Shown in pieces: positions 28,493-36,762 of a stretch of DNA of 64,000 nt (the first letter of the stretch is position 1; each line of letters starts with the position of its first letter). This DNA is from a virus. The notes under the pieces are model-generated. The model saw nothing but the letters and a program-made list of their open reading frames with translations. It made no database searches and had not been told where the DNA came from. Where the stretch lies: positions 32,001-96,000 of IMG/VR virus record IMGVR_UViG_3300045119_000370; one strand, 5' to 3'. The translations under genes were made by a program, and so were the position numbers.

Positions 28493-28526
28493 CTTGTAAT
28501 CCCTTCTCCTTTGCATCATATAAAGC
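28493..28526 (+). promoter_or_regulatory. Early promoter
   Basis: CTTGTAA-N17-CATATA followed by AAGC. Confidence 0.6.
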
Positions 28527-28567
28527 GTGGCGGCAACATAACCGCCATGCTAGAAGGGAACGAGACC

Positions 28568-29062
28568 ATGAACACCAAGATCGAATTCGAGCGCGCGCAG
28601 ATCACCAACCCGCTCGACATCGCCGCCTTCACCTTTTCCGGTAAGGCGATTTTCACGCTGGTCGGCAAGTCCGGTCGCTACACTTACAAGGTGACCAAGG
28701 CCGACGACGGCCCGGTCTATTTCGTGTCGCTGTTCACCGGTACCGACAACGCCGACAAGTACGCCTACGAGTACGTCGGCGTCGTCCGCACTTACGACAA
28801 CGTCGACATCAAGGTGTGGGAGTTCGGACAGACCAGCAAGTCCAAGATCACGCCGGCTGACCCAAAGTGGGGCAAGGCGATCACGGGCTTCGCGTGGTTG
28901 CTGAAGGAGATCAAGAAGGCTCAGACGCTGGAGCCACACACTCTCGGTCAGGTCGAGTTCTGGCACGAGGGGCGCTGTGGACGGTGTGGCGCGCGGCTGA
29001 CCGTGCCGGCGAGCATTGCTCGCGGGTTGGGGCCAGAGTGCACCAAGCTGGGAGCTAAGTAG
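28568..29062 (+). CDS. Protein with C-terminal DUF6011-like Zn finger
   Basis: HEGRCGRCGARLTVPASIARGLGPEC. Confidence 0.75.
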   Translation: MNTKIEFERAQITNPLDIAAFTFSGKAIFTLVGKSGRYTYKVTKADDGPVYFVSLFTGTDNADKYAYEYVGVVRTYDNVDIKVWEFGQTSKSKITPADPKWGKAITGFAWLLKEIKKAQTLEPHTLGQVEFWHEGRCGRCGARLTVPASIARGLGPECTKLGAK

Positions 29063-29132
29063 AACGACGCGGGGCCGCTGACAGTCGGCCATTCCAGTTC
29101 ATCAAGTGTCGCTTCACCTGACCGCGTCGTGG

Positions 29133-29161
29133 GAGGCCCCTAGCGTCGGAGGGGCCTCTTT
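29133..29161. terminator. Intrinsic terminator
   Basis: GAGGCCCCT/AGGGGCCTC + TTT between convergent genes. Confidence 0.7.
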
Positions 29162-29164
29162 CGT

Positions 29165-29617
29165 TTAGACGATGGTGATCTCGTTCGAGGTCGACTCTTC
29201 TGAGCCGATTGAGTTGGTGGCGGTTAAGACGCAGAGTGCTTGCTTGCCGACATCGGCAGGGGTGACCGTGTAGTTCGCACCGTCACCGGATACGTCGTCG
29301 CCATCCAGCTGCCATTGATAAGCGTAGGTGCCGGTCCCCATGGCGTTCCAGTTGCCCATCGTGCAGTTGAGGGTCTGGCCGCTCTGCGAGACGTAGGGCG
29401 CGTCCACGACGGTGGGCGGCTCGGTGGGTTCTGGTTCTGGTGGGGCTGTGTCGTCGCCAGTAATCGGCACCACGATCTCGCTGCCGTCGCCCATCTTGAT
29501 GACGACCTGCGAGTTGGGCGGGGCTTCCGGGTCGAAGCCTTCGTCGTTGGGATATGCGATGCGCAGGACGCGCCGTTCTTGTCCCTGCCAAGTGACCGTC
29601 AAAGGCGTGGTGGGCAT
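29165..29617 (-). CDS. Repeat-family domain + Pro linker + Ig-like domain
   Basis: GQTLNCTMGNW...YAYQWQLDG...YTVTPADVGK..CVLTATN; N-terminus paralogous to the two upstream genes. Confidence 0.75.
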   Translation of the reverse strand: MPTTPLTVTWQGQERRVLRIAYPNDEGFDPEAPPNSQVVIKMGDGSEIVVPITGDDTAPPEPEPTEPPTVVDAPYVSQSGQTLNCTMGNWNAMGTGTYAYQWQLDGDDVSGDGANYTVTPADVGKQALCVLTATNSIGSEESTSNEITIV

Positions 29618-29698
29618 GGTGTTGTCCTCCTGCTGGTGAGGCAGGAGGATAGCAAGGCCCCCGTTGTAAGGCGAGGGCCTGTCGTTTCAGCTGTTGGT

Positions 29699-30118
29699 TC
29701 AGCCGTTGGCGCGGGCTTCGGCCCGCTCGCGGTCGCGTTCGCGCTTCGTTGGCCGCAGCCGGGGCACCTGACGAGACGGCTTTTCGTCGAAGTTGCCGCT
29801 GATGCTTCCGACCGTCGATCCACCGCGTGGATCGCTCTTCATGACTGCTTCGGGATCGTCGCCCGGCTCGCGCGGCGGGATACCGGGAGCACCAGTGCCG
29901 GCGGACATGTTGTTGGTGCTCTGCGGGTCATTGAGGTGCGGGTGACCACGCAGCACGACGTCGCCGATATCTTCGCGACGAACTACCCGCTCTTCACCGC
30001 CGCCACCTTTGATGATGACCTGCTCGCCGGCTTCCGGGTCATGGTTGAAACCCTTGTCGCCGCCGTGTGCCGGTCGGACGATTTGGTAGCCTGCATACTG
30101 CGGTTCGGTGTTATTCAT
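29699..30118 (-). CDS. Repeat-family domain + disordered tail
   Basis: YQIVRPAHGGDKGFN...EQVIIKG; SD GGAG. Confidence 0.7.
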   Translation of the reverse strand: MNNTEPQYAGYQIVRPAHGGDKGFNHDPEAGEQVIIKGGGGEERVVRREDIGDVVLRGHPHLNDPQSTNNMSAGTGAPGIPPREPGDDPEAVMKSDPRGGSTVGSISGNFDEKPSRQVPRLRPTKRERDRERAEARANG

Positions 30119-30160
30119 GGGGTTCTCCACTTGAGAATAGATCAAAGGGGAACGCGGTTA

Positions 30161-30334
30161 CTACGCAGACTCACCGGACTGGACTTCGCTCTTGGAGACG
30201 GTCTTCTCCTTGCCATCGCTGCCCTTGATGACGACCTGATCACCCTTGGCGGCGTCGAAGCCTTGATCGCCCTGCTTGGCGGGACGAACGATCTGCACGT
30301 CCTGTCCCTGATACTTACCTTTATTCTGGGTCAT
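30161..30334 (-). CDS. Stand-alone repeat-family domain protein (57 aa), in frame within the MazG-like ORF
   Basis: Own SD GGAGG before ATG 30334; YQGQDVQIVRPAKQGDQGFD...DQVVIKG. Confidence 0.65.
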   Translation of the reverse strand: MTQNKGKYQGQDVQIVRPAKQGDQGFDAAKGDQVVIKGSDGKEKTVSKSEVQSGESA

Positions 30335-30808
30335 TGGAAAGACCTCCGCTGATCGGCCCGGATGGGCCGGGGCATCTTCAACGGTCGAGGTTGCGGATTT
30401 GTTCCGATAGAACCTACCGTCGGCTGTCCAGCGTAATGTACCGTTACGCTGAGCTTTAGTTAAACGCTTGATCTTGCCATCAGCAGCGGTCAGTAACTCG
30501 TCGTCGAATGTCGCCGAGAGACGTTGGGTAAAGCGTTGCAAGAGAGCGGTGTCGGCCAGTTCTCCAATGATCTCGGACTGGTTGGCGACTACGCTGTCGT
30601 TGAAGCCGACCTCTGGATGTTTCTCATGCTCGTTCTTCAGGGCATCATGGATCGATACAGATATGTCAGCTGGCGACGCGCCGCACGCCAGACACAGTTC
30701 GACGGTCTCTTCCAACAGGCGCAGTGCGATGGCACGTGACTCGGGTATCGGCAGTTTGGCGAGGGCGTAGATTTGAATCAGATCGTCTACTAAGTCGTCG
30801 ATACGCAT
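30161..30808 (-). CDS. MazG-like nucleotide pyrophosphohydrolase, read through into the repeat domain
   Basis: ALRLLEETVEL...EIIGELADT acidic pattern; no stop before 30161. Confidence 0.55.
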   Translation of the reverse strand: MRIDDLVDDLIQIYALAKLPIPESRAIALRLLEETVELCLACGASPADISVSIHDALKNEHEKHPEVGFNDSVVANQSEIIGELADTALLQRFTQRLSATFDDELLTAADGKIKRLTKAQRNGTLRWTADGRFYRNKSATSTVEDAPAHPGRSAEVFPMTQNKGKYQGQDVQIVRPAKQGDQGFDAAKGDQVVIKGSDGKEKTVSKSEVQSGESA

Positions 30809-30829
30809 GGCTGATCTCCGGTGCATGCA

Positions 30830-30876
30830 CTTGATTTGACGGGGCGTCGCTCATATGTATGATGTAAAGGAAGGGG
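30830..30876 (+). promoter_or_regulatory. Early promoter and leader
   Basis: TTGATT-N17-TATGTA; TATGTATGATGTAAAGGAAGGG is identical to the minus-strand copy at about 22775-22796. Confidence 0.7.
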
Positions 30877-30883
30877 AAAGACA

Positions 30884-31120
30884 ATGACCATTTACGGAAA
30901 AGACCCACGCGAGACCGAGTACGTTGGGAACCCTCACGAATTCACCGTCGCCTCCGACAAGGACGGTTTTTACTTGGTCAACGAGTTCGACGAGGAAGCA
31001 CAGGACGGCGTCCGCTTTCTCACCCACGACACCGCTCGTGGCATGATACACTGGTTGATCGATAACTGGGAGCCAAGAGACCCGCCCGGCTGGGAAGGTG
31101 GTTTCGCCAAGAACCACTAA
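30884..31120 (+). CDS. Hypothetical early protein
   Basis: Ends DPPGWEGGFAKNH; ATG ACC start. Confidence 0.65.
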   Translation: MTIYGKDPRETEYVGNPHEFTVASDKDGFYLVNEFDEEAQDGVRFLTHDTARGMIHWLIDNWEPRDPPGWEGGFAKNH

Positions 31121-31124
31121 TCGC

Positions 31125-31161
31125 TTTAGCTCTTGTAAAGTAGCCCGGTTTCTCCTATATC
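31125..31161 (+). promoter_or_regulatory. Early promoter
   Basis: TTTAGCTCTTGTAAAGT identical to 23409-23425; TTGTAA-N17-TATATC. Confidence 0.8.
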
Positions 31162-31191
31162 AGGGGTGTAGGAAGGAAGGGAACCAAGACC

Positions 31192-31272
31192 ATGAAACGC
31201 CTTCTCTTGAAATGGCTGAAAGCCGTTATCCGTTACTTCTCCCTCGAAACCAAAGAAGACAAGGAGGTGTAA
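31192..31272 (+). CDS. Small peptide, 26 aa
   Basis: GAAGGGAACCAAGACC ATG; MKRLLLKWLKAVIRYFSLETKEDKEV. Confidence 0.45.
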   Translation: MKRLLLKWLKAVIRYFSLETKEDKEV

Positions 31273-31273
31273 G

Positions 31274-31480
31274 GTGACCAAGGCCCTGATGGCGGTGGAC
31301 TTTCTCGCTCCACGAGAAGCTCCCCGCCCGGCCATGAACCCGGCCTCCGTGATCTGGCCGGAATGGCCACGCGAGGGCGTCGCCCGGGTCTTCGCCATGG
31401 AGACGGCGAAGGGCCGGAAGTGGCGGAACGACCAGCCGGTCGTCATACTGAACAAGGATTGGAAGGGACCAAGACCATGA
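31274..31480 (+). CDS. Hypothetical protein
   Basis: SD AAGGAGG; GTG start. Confidence 0.55.
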   Translation: MTKALMAVDFLAPREAPRPAMNPASVIWPEWPREGVARVFAMETAKGRKWRNDQPVVILNKDWKGPRP

Positions 31481-31728
31481 CCAAGAGAACCAGAAAATTC
31501 GATAGCGAAGAGGGCGAGCGCACTGCGCAGGCTTTATTCACTTTCATGGGCAAGGTGCGCTTGTACAACGCTGAGGCGCGCGCCGCCGCCATTCGCATCA
31601 TCGAGGCCGAGGCGAAGAACGAATCCGATCCGGTCGAGAAGAAGTTTTTCGAGACCGCCGTCGAGTTCATCAAGAACGTCGGCGACAAGCATGATCAGGT
31701 CATGCGAGAGACTTACGAAAACATTTAG
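31477..31728 (+). CDS. Hypothetical protein
   Basis: GAAGGGACCAAGACC ATG ACC start. Confidence 0.65.
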   Translation: MTKRTRKFDSEEGERTAQALFTFMGKVRLYNAEARAAAIRIIEAEAKNESDPVEKKFFETAVEFIKNVGDKHDQVMRETYENI

Positions 31729-31733
31729 GTACC

Positions 31734-31860
31734 GGAGGAGGGTTACTAATCGACAGCCGCAGTGGCAACGGGTCAACGTCAAGGCCCCAATGGGTAACCG
31801 TGGGTGTCCCCAGTCGGAATCAAGGGCGTGCTCTGGCCTCCTCCCCCGCTTTAAGGCGGG
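31734..31860 (+). ncRNA. Candidate structured RNA / cis-element
   Basis: GGAGGAGG/CCTCCTCC closing stem with short internal helices, followed by a hairpin. Confidence 0.3.
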
Positions 31861-31917
31861 TAGTCATTTACCAGCGAAGCGCGTCAAGCCACTTTAACAC
31901 TGACAGGAGCAACGATC

Positions 31918-32229
31918 ATGAGCGTGAACACGAGAACGGTCGAGCAGTGGAAGCAGGTGCTAGGACGATTGCCGTCGCCGGAAGGGACGCCAGTCGAGCA
32001 GGTCGTGGCGAATCGCGTACTCGGTGATCTGGTCGGATACCGCCATGGTTCCCGCCACCGCAAGCGTGACTTCGAGGAACTCGCCAACGCGATGACGGCA
32101 TGGTCCGAGATGAACGCTGAGTCGGTCGTGCTCGCGCGCACTTACAACGAGGGCCGCGAAGCCAAGGTGCAACGTCATGCCAGTGACGAGTTCGCCAGAG
32201 AAATGGCCGGCGACGATGAAGCCACGTGA
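31918..32229 (+). CDS. Hypothetical protein
   Basis: SD AGGAG. Confidence 0.6.
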   Translation: MSVNTRTVEQWKQVLGRLPSPEGTPVEQVVANRVLGDLVGYRHGSRHRKRDFEELANAMTAWSEMNAESVVLARTYNEGREAKVQRHASDEFAREMAGDDEAT

Positions 32230-32395
32230 GGAGACGTGCTGGCACTGTGGCGGCACCGGCCTCGTGTCTGTGCCGGCCAACCAGCAGCTGACCGTGCTCT
32301 GTGAGGCATGCGGCTGGAAGGGGAGGCGGTACCGCTTTATGGATAAGCCTTGCCCACGTTGTGGCCGCCACGAGGTCAAGGAGACAGGCGAATGA
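32216..32395 (+). CDS. Small Zn-ribbon protein
   Basis: CWHC, CEAC and CPRC motifs. Confidence 0.55.
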   Translation: MKPREETCWHCGGTGLVSVPANQQLTVLCEACGWKGRRYRFMDKPCPRCGRHEVKETGE

Positions 32396-32604
32396 ACTGG
32401 AGCGCGGTCGTCGACAGTCTGCGAGCACAGGCTGACAATGCGAGCAAGCACGCCGAAGCGCTGCGCACACGCACGGTGACCACTGGTGCCTTGGCTGACG
32501 ATCCGATCATGGTCGAGCGCGCCAAGACGGTCGAGCGGCACCGCATCAACGCCAATTTTTGTCTGGCTCTGGCTGAAGCTTTGGAGGCTGGTCTCGATGA
32601 GTAA
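32392..32604 (+). CDS. Hypothetical protein
   Basis: ATGA coupling; SD AAGGAG. Confidence 0.55.
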   Translation: MNWSAVVDSLRAQADNASKHAEALRTRTVTTGALADDPIMVERAKTVERHRINANFCLALAEALEAGLDE

Positions 32605-32791
32605 AATGGTCTCGTTGGCAATGTTGGTCTGTGGAGTTGGCGGGATGATCATCGGCATGTGGGGAGGCCAGATGATCGGTCTGACGCAAGGTCGCGCTCA
32701 GGTCACAGCCGAGGTCAATGAGAAGGTCAGGTGGGAGTGCTCTAGCTCGGACTATGCCAAGGTCTGGCTCGTCTCCGCGACCGTTAAATGA
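32597..32791 (+). CDS. Small membrane/secreted protein
   Basis: Hydrophobic N-terminus; SD GGAGG. Confidence 0.5.
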   Translation: MSKMVSLAMLVCGVGGMIIGMWGGQMIGLTQGRAQVTAEVNEKVRWECSSSDYAKVWLVSATVK

Positions 32792-33081
32792 GTGTTCTTG
32801 ACACCATCCCCGATGACGTCAAGGTCGAGTACATCGCGCTGCGTGTCCTCTCGGACGGTCGCGTGATCGGGGTCATGCGGCTGCTCTTTCATTGGACCCT
32901 ACACGTTGACGTCGATTGGTACGGCTACAACGACCGCTACTGTTACGCGACGTTGGAGCAGGCCATGGCGGGGTTCAATCAGTGGACCGGGGACGGCGAG
33001 CCGAGCGGCTGGCACCGACACGTCAAAACCGGAAGGCGTCGGCCGAACGGCAACCCGGCGCTGGAGTATGTCAATTTCTAA
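32788..33081 (+). CDS. Conserved phage hypothetical protein
   Basis: GYNDRYCY...WTGDGEPSGWHRHVKTGRRRPNG. Confidence 0.65.
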   Translation: MSVLDTIPDDVKVEYIALRVLSDGRVIGVMRLLFHWTLHVDVDWYGYNDRYCYATLEQAMAGFNQWTGDGEPSGWHRHVKTGRRRPNGNPALEYVNF

Positions 33082-34652
33082 ACTTTCTCGATGCCGCGCA
33101 CGATGGCGTCGAACAGGTTCATGCCGGCCTTGTAGAAGGCGAGGATGCGCTGATCCATGGTGCCGGTCACCACTAGATCGTACAGGAACACGCGGTCGTG
33201 CGGCGAGTTCTGGCGCTCGAACCGGCGGATCATTTGCTTCCGCGTGATCACCGGGACCGGTGACTCGTAGAAAATCCCGTACTGCGCCGCTTGCAGGTTC
33301 AGGCCGTAAGCGCCGGCCGTCGACAAGACGAAGACGCGCAGACGTGGATCGCTTTCGAAGCGTTGCAGGAGGCCGGCGGCATTGGTCTGCTTGCCACCAT
33401 ACTTGATGTGGCTGATGCCGGCCGTGGTCAGCGCCGCCGTGATCACCTCGCCACTGTGGACGAAATCGTGGAAGACCAGAATCTTGCGGTCCTCACGGAT
33501 CGAATCGATCAGTGCCATGAGCGTGTCGAGCTTGGGGTTCTCCGGGAAAACATAGTGTGCCTTCTCGCCGTTGTCGTCGTCATGGTAGCCGACGAAGCCG
33601 GACGATATCTGGCGCATCCTGAGAAAGGCGTTCTTCATCTCGCGATAGCTGCCCTTCGCCTCCATGATCACGGTGCGCGCGCGCTGGTAGTACTCTTGCG
33701 CATCGGCGGGCAATCCCACCTCGCGGACGATGTGGCTGAGCACCGGCAGTGTGCTCTGCTCGACCTCGTAGCGGATCGAGCCATGGGCGAGCAGCCGGTT
33801 GAGCTTGGCCATGTTCGCTTTGGTGTCGTCGAAGCTCCACTCTTGACCGCCGAAGGCGTTCTCCTTGCTCTTGTAGAGCGCGGCGCGGAACAGACCGAGC
33901 GTCTCGCCGAGCGAGTAGCCGCCATCGACCAGATACATCTGCGCCCACAGGGGCGTAGGATCGCGCCCGAAGGGGGTGCCAGCGAGCAGAAAGAAGATGC
34001 CGGCCTCGTTGCCCAGCCGGCGGCAAATGCGAAAGGGCAGGGTGTCGTGAGCGCCGACATGGTTGCTCTCGTCGCAGACGACGCCGTCGACGTGCTTCTG
34101 GAGGCGCTTGACCAGCCTCTCGTCGATGATCAGCTTGTCCACCGGCACAGCCCGGCCGCCACGTTTGCGCTTGACCGTCTTCAGCGGGCTGACCATGCGG
34201 GCCAGCCCGGCATAGGTCTCGACCACGATGGACGCGCGCGCCGATTCCAGCTGCTCCCACTTCTCGGCGCTCGTGCCGCGCAGGATGGTGTACTTGGTAT
34301 TCGGCGACCACTTCTGAATCTCTTTCTCCCACGAGTCTTTGACGATCTTGTAGGGGACCAAGACCAGCACGGTGTCGACAACGTCGAGGCGGCGGAAGTA
34401 TCTGGTCAGTGCGATGGTCAGCAGGGTCTTGCCCATGCCAGTGTCCACCCAGAAGGCGGCGCGACGGCGCATCGCGCCAATCAGAAAGCAAACCTTCTGT
34501 TCGAGGCGCAGTGTGTACCAGATCGGCGGCATCACTGGCAGCGTGCACATCAGTGCGTCGAGTTCAGCGTCGTCGAGCTTCTTCCAGTCGCGCAGGTCGT
34601 CGCGCTCGCGGTCGAGGAACTTCTCGATGGCCCTTTTGGGAATGATGCCCAT
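33078..34652 (-). CDS. SNF2-family helicase
   Basis: DTGMGKT, CDESN, LAGTP, LRMRQISSGF, NPKL, GLNLQ, QMIRRFER. Confidence 0.9.
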   Translation of the reverse strand: MGIIPKRAIEKFLDRERDDLRDWKKLDDAELDALMCTLPVMPPIWYTLRLEQKVCFLIGAMRRRAAFWVDTGMGKTLLTIALTRYFRRLDVVDTVLVLVPYKIVKDSWEKEIQKWSPNTKYTILRGTSAEKWEQLESARASIVVETYAGLARMVSPLKTVKRKRGGRAVPVDKLIIDERLVKRLQKHVDGVVCDESNHVGAHDTLPFRICRRLGNEAGIFFLLAGTPFGRDPTPLWAQMYLVDGGYSLGETLGLFRAALYKSKENAFGGQEWSFDDTKANMAKLNRLLAHGSIRYEVEQSTLPVLSHIVREVGLPADAQEYYQRARTVIMEAKGSYREMKNAFLRMRQISSGFVGYHDDDNGEKAHYVFPENPKLDTLMALIDSIREDRKILVFHDFVHSGEVITAALTTAGISHIKYGGKQTNAAGLLQRFESDPRLRVFVLSTAGAYGLNLQAAQYGIFYESPVPVITRKQMIRRFERQNSPHDRVFLYDLVVTGTMDQRILAFYKAGMNLFDAIVRGIEKV

Positions 34653-34834
34653 TAGCGCTTGGTTTTAACTGGTGGCGGTGGCCATGGGGATGGTGTCGGT
34701 ACACCCAGTGTTTCGGGTGTTTTCTCGCAGCCGACGCAGATCGGGTTGCCGCGTGCGTTCATGGCGAAGCAGATCGCGCCATCTTTCAGGACGCATGGTG
34801 TCATATCGGATTTGGCGTAGGGACACTTGGTCAT
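34652..34834 (-). CDS. Small Cys-rich protein
   Basis: CPYAKSDMTPCV..DG..C...CVGC; coupled to neighbours. Confidence 0.6.
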   Translation of the reverse strand: MTKCPYAKSDMTPCVLKDGAICFAMNARGNPICVGCEKTPETLGVPTPSPWPPPPVKTKR

Positions 34835-36303
34835 GCGAAACGTCTCTCGTTTTTGTCGTCAGCACTGGTCTCGTCGTCATCCTCGCGATCTTCCGACAAT
34901 TTGGCAATCAGATTGTAGACCTCTGCGGTGATCGGTCTCGAATCTATGGCGAACTGTCCGGTGTCGTAACTCTGGATCAGGAACACGCCAAACTTATCGC
35001 GCTCATCGCGGCCCTTGCTGACGTACAGGCGACCCAGCCCGCGTCGCTGCTCGCGGTCGGTCGAACTGTAATTCAGTACGATGTCGGCAGTGTAGGCGAC
35101 CGAGATGTCTTCGGCGGCGTCGGTCATCTTGTTCGAGGTCGACTCGATGCCTTTGCGGGTCACCTGATTGGGTGTCACGCCGGCCATGTTGCGTGCGACC
35201 ATGAGCGAGCGGAACTGCTTGAAGGCGCGGCCCATACCCAGCCGGTACTCGTCGGCGCGCACCTTCGGATCGATCAAGCCCCAGTAGTCGAGGATGACCA
35301 TGTCAGGCGTCCAGTTCTCATGGTTCTGGAGGCCGTCGAGGTAGGATTCCAAGCCGTCCATGGAGAGGACTGGGAAGCGCTTGATGATCAGGTTATCGAT
35401 ACGTGCGCCGACCACCGCATTGAGCCGCAATTCCAACTCGTCGCGGGCATAGTTGCCGCGCAAGAGGAAGTCGCTGTCCACCTTACTGAAGGTGACGAGT
35501 GGGAGGCTTTTGTCGTCTTTCTCGCCGCGAAACTTGCCGACCTCGCTCTCTTTGTTGCGCTTCGAAGCGGAGAACAGCGACTGGTAATAGCGCTGGGCCA
35601 CCTGCTCTTCCGACATCTCCAAGGTGATGTGCAGCACGCGCTTGTTCCGCATCAGTGCCATCTTGCCAAGGTGGACGCAGAACCACGATTTGCCCTTGCC
35701 CGATGGTCCGAGCAGCAACAACACTGTGCCGCGTGCTGGACAAATGAACGCCTTGTCAAACGCCGTTATCCCGGTCGGGAATTCAAGCTGCTGACTATCG
35801 AGGAAATCGAGTACACGGTCGAACTCGGCGAGCGACAGGCCCCGGTCGAACGCGATCTGATCCTTCTTGCGCAGGAGGTCGTTCCAGATCGCCTCGACCT
35901 CGTCGGTGGCCAATTCGGCTAGTGCGTTGACCCGCTCGGCCGACTGCATGATGGCGCGCTTGATCTGTTGGGCGCGGACGAACGCACGCAGCTGGTCGAG
36001 CACGTATATTTCGTTGATCGTGTCGGCGAGTTCGATGGTCGAGCGCAGAATCTCCTCGTAGAGCCGCGCCTTGGCGTCGCCCGCGTCGATGATGTCGGCA
36101 ATCAGGTCGCCGGCTTGCGCACCCGGCGCGCGGCCGTAGCGCTTCCAGTAGTCGACGGCACGCTCGGCGATGACGCCGTAGTCGCCCTCGAACAGTTCAG
36201 GGTCGACCATGCCGGCGACGAGCTTGCCCTGCTTCTCGTTGTGCAGGAGCATCGCGAGGACGTTCTCTTGCAGTGCTTTGGTAGGCTTGTCGACATTTGC
36301 CAT
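34831..36303 (-). CDS. dnaB: DnaB-like replicative helicase
   Basis: FPTGI, Walker A GPSGKGKS, HITLEMSE, VILDY, QVTR, AED, KGRD. Confidence 0.88.
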   Translation of the reverse strand: MANVDKPTKALQENVLAMLLHNEKQGKLVAGMVDPELFEGDYGVIAERAVDYWKRYGRAPGAQAGDLIADIIDAGDAKARLYEEILRSTIELADTINEIYVLDQLRAFVRAQQIKRAIMQSAERVNALAELATDEVEAIWNDLLRKKDQIAFDRGLSLAEFDRVLDFLDSQQLEFPTGITAFDKAFICPARGTVLLLLGPSGKGKSWFCVHLGKMALMRNKRVLHITLEMSEEQVAQRYYQSLFSASKRNKESEVGKFRGEKDDKSLPLVTFSKVDSDFLLRGNYARDELELRLNAVVGARIDNLIIKRFPVLSMDGLESYLDGLQNHENWTPDMVILDYWGLIDPKVRADEYRLGMGRAFKQFRSLMVARNMAGVTPNQVTRKGIESTSNKMTDAAEDISVAYTADIVLNYSSTDREQRRGLGRLYVSKGRDERDKFGVFLIQSYDTGQFAIDSRPITAEVYNLIAKLSEDREDDDETSADDKNERRFA

Positions 36304-36305
36304 GG

Positions 36306-36539
36306 TCAGGTGGCCTTCAGACCGGTGCCGGCGCAGTCCGGGCACTTGACGAAGTGCCAGCCGTCGTCGGTCGGCTTCGTGGCTTCAGCCTCAAGCCAGA
36401 GTGTATGGAACGGCTCTTCCGTGTCGTCTTTGGCGACCGGCACCCAGCCGGTGCCCTCGCACTGGCCTTTGCACATGGTTTCTGGGTCGGGTGGGTTCAT
36501 ACCGAGTGCGTCGTAGCGACTGGTGAATTCATGCTCCAT
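36306..36539 (-). CDS. Small Zn-finger protein
   Basis: CKGQCEGTG...CPDCAGTG. Confidence 0.65.
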   Translation of the reverse strand: MEHEFTSRYDALGMNPPDPETMCKGQCEGTGWVPVAKDDTEEPFHTLWLEAEATKPTDDGWHFVKCPDCAGTGLKAT

Positions 36540-36762
36540 GGTAGCCGTTCCTTATGCGCGCTCGCCGCTCTTCGTTATACGCGATCTTGAGTTGGATGAT
36601 CTCGGTGAGTGCCTGCTCGAACTCGTCCAGTAGTGCCAAGACCCCCGTTGCATGCAGTGTGATGACTGCGAAATCGGGGAAGTCTTGGTTTTCAGGTTTG
36701 GCCAGTTCGTCTTCGCACAGCCGGCGAACATCGTCACGTTCTCGCTGTGTGGTCTTCCTCAC
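36529..36762 (-). CDS. Hypothetical protein
   Basis: Operonic coupling. Confidence 0.55.
   Translation of the reverse strand: MRKTTQRERDDVRRLCEDELAKPENQDFPDFAVITLHATGVLALLDEFEQALTEIIQLKIAYNEERRARIRNGYHGA

Noticed and set aside
29064-29130. ACGACGCGG/CCGCGTCGT stem enclosing ~50 nt
   Set aside because: Single helix next to a terminator; insufficient evidence for a distinct RNA
33291-35922. Long + strand ORFs (454 aa, 416 aa) and similar ones at 24172-25329, 25483-26658, 29240-30352 and 59837-60859
   Set aside because: Antisense shadows of well-supported genes, expected in high-GC DNA; no motifs or SD
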